Shown here piece after piece: positions 59,087 through 64,000 of a stretch of DNA of 64,000 nucleotides. The first letter of the stretch is position 1. Every line of letters starts with the position of its first letter. Source of the stretch: an uncultured Verrucomicrobiae bacterium. Its GTDB lineage: Bacteria; Verrucomicrobiota; Verrucomicrobiia; Chthoniobacterales; UBA10450. Made by a program: the position numbers and the translations under genes. The notes below the pieces were generated by a model that worked only from the letters and a program-made list of their open reading frames with translations, was not told the origin of the DNA and made no database searches. The DNA lies in NCBI GenBank assembly GCA_963726745.1, contig CAVSDR010000003.1, positions 512,001-576,000 of the forward strand, given 5' to 3'.

Positions 59087-61000
59087 TTAGACCGATTGGG
59101 TGTAGGTAATGGACAGTTCCTCGGCGAGGCGGCCGAGCTGCCGGCGGACATCGTCGGCGAGGGCGCCGTCCGCATGGGTCACGCCAAGGCAAAGGTTGCC
59201 TTGAGTAAGGAAAGTCACTTGCGCCTCGGCGCAGGAAAGGGTCATGGCCTCGAGGCGGCCGAGCTTGGTTTCGCCGAGATGGTTGGCCAGGCGCTGAAGA
59301 AAAGAGGGCGCCATCGCGCACAGACCTTCGGCCTCGAGGTTCTCGGGAAGATTGCCGGCAAGATGCAGGCCGTCATTAAAGAGCAAGGTGCACGCAGCTA
59401 CGCCCGGAAGTTTTCCGGCGAAGGCAACCACCGCCTTGGCGTCGACTGTCGCGTCGGTCTGGAGAAGTTCCTGCAAAGCGGTACGTTTTCCGTCCACCAG
59501 CGCCGGGGCGGCCAGGGGGACGGGAGCCTTTGCTTTGACCTCCGGCGCTGCGATCACGGGCGGCGGCACCGGCTCCGGTTCTGGCGCGGGAATGGCCGGC
59601 GCGCTGACCGGCGCGCTGCTCACCTGAAAGCGTTTCTCGTCTTCTTCGGCGGTCGCGGAGAAAGGGGTGATGAAGTCCGGGCCGCGTTCCGGCTCGACCT
59701 GGTCCTCGCGAAGACGGAGTGAAGTGGTTGGCAAATTCCGCAGGACATCCTGCAGCGGAAGGGCGACCGGCGTGGCGGCTTCGGTGGGATTGAAAAGCGC
59801 GCGCGCTGAGGCTGGCAAGTGGCTGGCAAATTTATCCGCCGGGATGCTCACGCGCCCGCTGGCGAGCTGTGCTTCGACGAGGGCAAACGGCAATTCGATG
59901 GTCGTTTCCTCGTCCACGCTCTCGGCCTCGCCGGCCAGTTGGAAGGGAGGGAGCGCGCGCAGAATCGGACGAAGCGGCAGGACGATTTTCGTTTCTGGCG
60001 GCGGGCTGGCGGCGGCGATGACCGCGGCGGGAATGGCGCCATCCTCGAGGCTCTTGGCCGTTAGCCAGGGCTCGCGTTTGGCCGGCTCGCTTCCGAGGCT
60101 AAAGGGAATCCGCGTGGGCGCGACGGACGGCGCAACGACTGGAGGAGGTGGAGGCGTGGCACTGGTAGGAACGGACGCGCCGTTGCCAGAGGCTGGAACT
60201 CTCTCTGCAACGGGCGCGCCCGCCCCATTCGGTGAAAGCGTGAAAGGAATACGTGTGGGCGCCGGCGCAGGCGGCGGCGGGGTTGCCGGAGCCGGAGCTG
60301 CGACCGGCGCCGGCGCGCTCACTGGGACAGGGGCAGCCACCGGTGCGCGCGGCGCGACTGGTGCGGATGAGCCGCCAAACTTATGGTTATCCTCGAGCGT
60401 GACCTGAAGGAAGGGCGTCTCGACTTCCGGCACGGCTGCTTCCTGCTGTTGATCGGCGCGCTGCTGGAGACGGGTGAATTGCTCCAGCACCTGGGCGAAC
60501 GGAAGTGGCACTTCGGTGCGGTCATCGTCTGTCAGCGGGCGAAGAAAAATATCGGGCGCCTGCTCGTAAAGTGCGCTGGTAGCCGCCATCGGACGGCCAT
60601 TCGCCATGCCGCGTTCGAGGTCCGCGGCTTTCAAGGCAATGGTGCGCGCGGCTTCGTCGCCCGTGAGCGGGCGCACAAGATCGTCCGGCAGCTGCGCGAC
60701 CAATTCCCCGAGCAAGAGCGGGATCATGCGTTCACCGGTGGAAACAATCGCGGGCACGGGCGTGGTGCGACCCGATGGCACCACCGGCGCCAGCGTGACC
60801 ACGCGTGGAGCGGCCGGAGCTGAGGGCGGGACGGCGAGCGCTTCCGCGAGCGGCATGGAAGGGCGGCTGACGTTCGGCATCACCGTCTTGCTCAGCCGAT
60901 CGGCGCCTACTTTTTCCACGGAGGCACGCGCGGTTTTTGGCGCCGCGACGAAGGTAGCCGACGACTTGCGTTTGAAGAGAGAGGTTAAGGAAAATCCCAT
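59087..61000 (-). CDS. Pro/Ala-rich protein with two internal repeat domains and a C-terminal roadblock/LC7-like domain
   Basis: C-terminus LPGVAACTLLFNDGLHLAG..EGLCAM..LCLGVTH resembles roadblock; two homologous domains of about 90 aa are separated by PA-rich linkers. Confidence 0.7.
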   Translation of the reverse strand: MGFSLTSLFKRKSSATFVAAPKTARASVEKVGADRLSKTVMPNVSRPSMPLAEALAVPPSAPAAPRVVTLAPVVPSGRTTPVPAIVSTGERMIPLLLGELVAQLPDDLVRPLTGDEAARTIALKAADLERGMANGRPMAATSALYEQAPDIFLRPLTDDDRTEVPLPFAQVLEQFTRLQQRADQQQEAAVPEVETPFLQVTLEDNHKFGGSSAPVAPRAPVAAPVPVSAPAPVAAPAPATPPPPAPAPTRIPFTLSPNGAGAPVAERVPASGNGASVPTSATPPPPPVVAPSVAPTRIPFSLGSEPAKREPWLTAKSLEDGAIPAAVIAAASPPPETKIVLPLRPILRALPPFQLAGEAESVDEETTIELPFALVEAQLASGRVSIPADKFASHLPASARALFNPTEAATPVALPLQDVLRNLPTTSLRLREDQVEPERGPDFITPFSATAEEDEKRFQVSSAPVSAPAIPAPEPEPVPPPVIAAPEVKAKAPVPLAAPALVDGKRTALQELLQTDATVDAKAVVAFAGKLPGVAACTLLFNDGLHLAGNLPENLEAEGLCAMAPSFLQRLANHLGETKLGRLEAMTLSCAEAQVTFLTQGNLCLGVTHADGALADDVRRQLGRLAEELSITYTQSV

Positions 61001-61003
61001 GGC

Positions 61004-62731
61004 TTAGTGGTCCTCCGCGGTCACGCGCCAGATTTCTTCCAGGGTCGTCAGGCCCTCGAGCGCCTTGTCGATGCCGACCATGCGGAGGGTTTTCATTCCT
61101 TCGGAGACAGCTTGGTTTTTGATCACCGCGGCGGAGGCGCGTTTGATGATCAGGCGGCGGACGGCCTCGCTCACTGGCAGCGCTTCAATGATCGCGAGCC
61201 GGCCGAGGTAGCCGCGGTTTTTGCAGCGATCACAACCGCTCCCCTGGAAAAAGACGGCGCCTTCCTGCGGCTGCATGTTCAGGCGCTCGAAGATCTCCGC
61301 CTCGGGGACGAATTCCTCGCGGCAGTTATTGCAGATGCGACGGACGAGACGTTGCGCGCAGGCCATGATGACCGAGCTGGAGATGAGGAAAGGCTCGATG
61401 CCCATGTCGTCCAGACGGGTGATGGCGCCGGCGGCGTCATTCGTGTGCAAGGTCGAGAGCACCTGGTGACCAGTGAGCGCGGCCTTGACCGCGATGTCGG
61501 CAGTTTCGTTGTCACGAATTTCACCGACCATGACGATGTCCGGATCCTGGCGCAGGATGGAACGCAGGGCGCTGGAGAAATCGAGCCCGATGTCGGCGCG
61601 CACCGCGACCTGGTTGATGCCCGCGAGCTCATACTCGATCGGGTCTTCGACCGTGATGATGTTGTAGTTCGGGCTGTTGAGCTCCTGGAGGACGGAGTAA
61701 AGCGTGGTCGTCTTACCGGAACCGGTCGGGCCGGTGACGAGGATCATGCCGTGCGGCGCGTCGATCGCCTTCTTGAATTTGCTCAACGTCCCCTCGTCCA
61801 TGCCCATCTCGTTGATCGAGCCGGTGAGGGCGGATTTATCGAGAATACGGATGACGATCTTCTCTCCGTGCGCGGTCGGGAGAATGGAGATACGCAAGTC
61901 GATCTCCTTGCCCATGACCTTGATCCGAAAGCGGCCGTCCTGTGGGACACGGCGCTCGGCAATGTTCAAGCCGGCGAGAATCTTGATGCGCGAGGTGATC
62001 GCGAGCTGGAGCGCCTTCGGCGGCGACTCCGCGACGATCAATTCGCCGTCGATGCGGTAGCGCAACTTCAGCGTGCGCTGGAACGGCTCGATGTGAATGT
62101 CGGAAGCCTTCTCCTTGATTGCCTGCACCAGGATGAGGTTAACGATCTTGATCACCGGCGCGTCCTCGGTGTCGTGGGCCAGGCGATCGATATCGATCTC
62201 TTCCTGGCGCTGCTTCCCGGACTCGACTTCGACCTCGGCCGCGGCAGAGAGATCCTCGGCCACCTGCTTGAGCACCGCGCTCATGTTCGCGCTCCCGCCG
62301 TGCACGCCGGCGAGCGCATCGGTCACGCCGCGCTCGGTCGCGATCATCGGGACGACTTCGAGCTGCACCCGGCGCTTCACGTCGTCGACCGCGACCACGT
62401 TGGTCGGATCGGCCATGGCGACGAAGAGCTTGCCGTTTAAACGCGCAATCGGGACGAGCTTATTCGCCCGGGCCATGTCGCGCGGGACGAGCGACATGAT
62501 CTCTTCCGGGATGCGCAGCTTGGCGACATTGATCGGCGGGGTGTTGAGACAACGCCCCATGCTGAAGGCCATGTCCTGCTCGGTGACGAATTGTTTATCC
62601 GTCAAGATCTTGAGCAGGCGTCCGCCTTCCTTCCGCTGGATCGCGCTCGCTTCCTCGAGCTGATTTGGCAGGAGCAGGCCGTCCTCGATCAGGACGTCGG
62701 CAATGCGTTCGGCGAAAGATTTACTTCTCAT
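61004..62731 (-). CDS. pilB: PilB/GspE family assembly ATPase
   Basis: MshEN-like N-terminus, ASDIHIEP, ERRVPQDGR, Walker A GPTGSGKTTT, VEDPIEY, LRQDPD, GEIRD, TLHTND and a CxxC..CxxC Zn site. Confidence 0.88.
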   Translation of the reverse strand: MRSKSFAERIADVLIEDGLLLPNQLEEASAIQRKEGGRLLKILTDKQFVTEQDMAFSMGRCLNTPPINVAKLRIPEEIMSLVPRDMARANKLVPIARLNGKLFVAMADPTNVVAVDDVKRRVQLEVVPMIATERGVTDALAGVHGGSANMSAVLKQVAEDLSAAAEVEVESGKQRQEEIDIDRLAHDTEDAPVIKIVNLILVQAIKEKASDIHIEPFQRTLKLRYRIDGELIVAESPPKALQLAITSRIKILAGLNIAERRVPQDGRFRIKVMGKEIDLRISILPTAHGEKIVIRILDKSALTGSINEMGMDEGTLSKFKKAIDAPHGMILVTGPTGSGKTTTLYSVLQELNSPNYNIITVEDPIEYELAGINQVAVRADIGLDFSSALRSILRQDPDIVMVGEIRDNETADIAVKAALTGHQVLSTLHTNDAAGAITRLDDMGIEPFLISSSVIMACAQRLVRRICNNCREEFVPEAEIFERLNMQPQEGAVFFQGSGCDRCKNRGYLGRLAIIEALPVSEAVRRLIIKRASAAVIKNQAVSEGMKTLRMVGIDKALEGLTTLEEIWRVTAEDH

Positions 62732-62747
62732 CGTCCTCGCGCGCTTC

Positions 62748-63644
62748 CTAAGCCCGGGCCTCCAGGCGGTAGATCTCCTGCAGGCATTTGGCGATCGCGC
62801 TCGGCCGCGCCAGATACCACGCGACCGTGTAGTCGAGCGATTGCTGCACCGCGGTGCGGCCGGCAGCGTCAAAGGGATTGCAGCACGCGACCATGATCGT
62901 GCGGCTGACGAGATCGAAGGGAACGAAGAGCCGGCCGAGCGTGAGCTCGTCGGGTAACATCCGCGCGACCTGGCGATCGACGTCGTAATACTCCAGCGGG
63001 ACGTAGGCGAACTTCGTCCGGTCGATCAGCTGCGAGAGCGCGCGGTCGAGCTTGTCCGTCTCCTGGCGGTAGACTTTGTCGAGCAGCGACGAAGCGATCG
63101 CCTGACCGCTCAGGTCCTGGTTCAACTGCTTGACGGTTGCGAGCCCGCCGGAGACTTCCTCTTCCGGCGCGAGCTGCTGCATCACCAGGAAGCGACCGAG
63201 CTCGTCGTCCCCGTGATCCGTCAGCGGGACGGAGGCGCGCTTCATGGTCAAATCCATCAACGAGCCGTTTTGCCCGCCGCCGAGCAGCGGCGCCGCGATC
63301 AAGCCGCTGCGCGGGCTGTCGGTCACGAGCGATTGGCCGGCAGCCTGGAGGCGATTCTCGATCTCGCCGAGCATTGAGAGAATCTCCGGCGCATTCGGTT
63401 CGCGCAGGAGGATGGCCTCGCATTCCTGCATCGCGAGGGTGTAGGAGCCGCCATTGAAGTAGGCCTCCGAAAGCTTGCGCGAGATGCGCAGCGCTTCCGC
63501 CGGCTTCCCGATTTTCGTGTAGGCGTCCTTGAGGATCTCGAGCGATTGATAGTCGTCGGGTTGTGTCTGAGTGATGACCTCAAACATCTCGATCGTCTGC
63601 ACGATCTGACTGTGTTCCTCTTCGGATAACGTGTGTTCCAGCAC
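62748..63644 (-). CDS. TPR protein with a C-terminal PilB/GspE N-terminal (GSPII_N)-like domain, no ATPase
   Basis: Helical TPR-like N-terminus (QPDDYQSLEILKDAY..ILLREPNAPEI); C-terminal VARMLP..FVPFD..IMVACCNPFD parallels the PilB N-domain MSLVP..LVPIA..LFVAMADPTN. Confidence 0.75.
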   Translation of the reverse strand: MLEHTLSEEEHSQIVQTIEMFEVITQTQPDDYQSLEILKDAYTKIGKPAEALRISRKLSEAYFNGGSYTLAMQECEAILLREPNAPEILSMLGEIENRLQAAGQSLVTDSPRSGLIAAPLLGGGQNGSLMDLTMKRASVPLTDHGDDELGRFLVMQQLAPEEEVSGGLATVKQLNQDLSGQAIASSLLDKVYRQETDKLDRALSQLIDRTKFAYVPLEYYDVDRQVARMLPDELTLGRLFVPFDLVSRTIMVACCNPFDAAGRTAVQQSLDYTVAWYLARPSAIAKCLQEIYRLEARA

Positions 63645-63659
63645 GGCAAGGCTCCTAAA

Positions 63660-63675
63660 AGCTAGAAGCGTGCCC
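63660..63675 (-). promoter_or_regulatory. Putative sigma54 promoter for the pilB-mglAB operon
   Basis: Minus strand GGGCACGCTTCTAGCT has GG-N10-GC spacing with the GGCACG core; lies just upstream of 63644. Confidence 0.5.
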
Positions 63676-63711
63676 CTGTCCGAAGCGGCTCGGGATTTCT
63701 GAAGTTGCTGT

Positions 63712-64000
63712 CTATTTCCCGGGTAGGCGGGTCAAAAGCTCCGCACCGATCGCCGGCAAAAGCGGCTTGATCTCGCCGGCCCGCGTCAGGATCACCACGA
63801 TGAACTTGCGGCCATCCGGCAATTCAAAATAGGCAGCATCATGACGCACTTCGCTGGTTTCGCCGCTCTTCGACCAGAGCTGCGCGCCGGGTGGGAGCGC
63901 TTCGCCGAAGAACTCCCGCACCTGGTTCTCCTCCGGCCGCGGCGGCGCCAAGGGGCGCTCGAGCAGCGCCCGCATTTCCTTGGAGGCTTCCGCGGAAACC
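63712..64000 (-). CDS. Serine hydrolase, class A beta-lactamase-like (C-terminal part; start is beyond the window)
   Basis: WSKSG (KTG-type motif), RHDAAYFELPDGRKFIVVILT. Confidence 0.7.
   Translation of the reverse strand, partial: VSAEASKEMRALLERPLAPPRPEENQVREFFGEALPPGAQLWSKSGETSEVRHDAAYFELPDGRKFIVVILTRAGEIKPLLPAIGAELLTRLPGK

Overview
GC-rich chromosomal window whose gene content points to Verrucomicrobiota, probably Chthoniobacterales-like (inference from the murC-murB fusion, a LysM gene between murD and ftsW, guaB3 and the large secreted protein's C-terminus). Most of it is housekeeping: a complete dcw cluster (mraZ to ftsZ, with an MraZ-box array), fba, lpxD, glgC, glmS, aceBA, a family-B DNA polymerase, exbBD/tonB-like genes, guaB3 and fabF. 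I found no rRNA, tRNA, CRISPR array or mobile element. Six genes each carry a single extra base (REC-HK, lpxD, glmS, an amidase paralog, an M20 peptidase, ftsA), most likely long-read errors. Main candidates for novelty: (1) at 1-6686, a second FabF-like ketosynthase with its Cys-His-His triad changed to Cys-Tyr-Asn, translationally coupled to a multi-TM GAF-PAS histidine kinase and a paralogous soluble kinase, facing a divergent REC-kinase across back-to-back sigma54-like promoters, which may be a lipid-signal synthase/receptor circuit; (2) a heptamer CCTAACG/CGTTAGG written into genes in several frames via rare codons; (3) an operon linking MglA/MglB, a roadblock-fusion protein, a PilB ATPase and a TPR/PilB-N-domain protein; (4) a PolB with degenerate proofreading motifs; (5) a 1.8-kaa beta-propeller/beta-helix surface protein with no autotransporter barrel. 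All calls come from motif reading by eye; no database searches were run.
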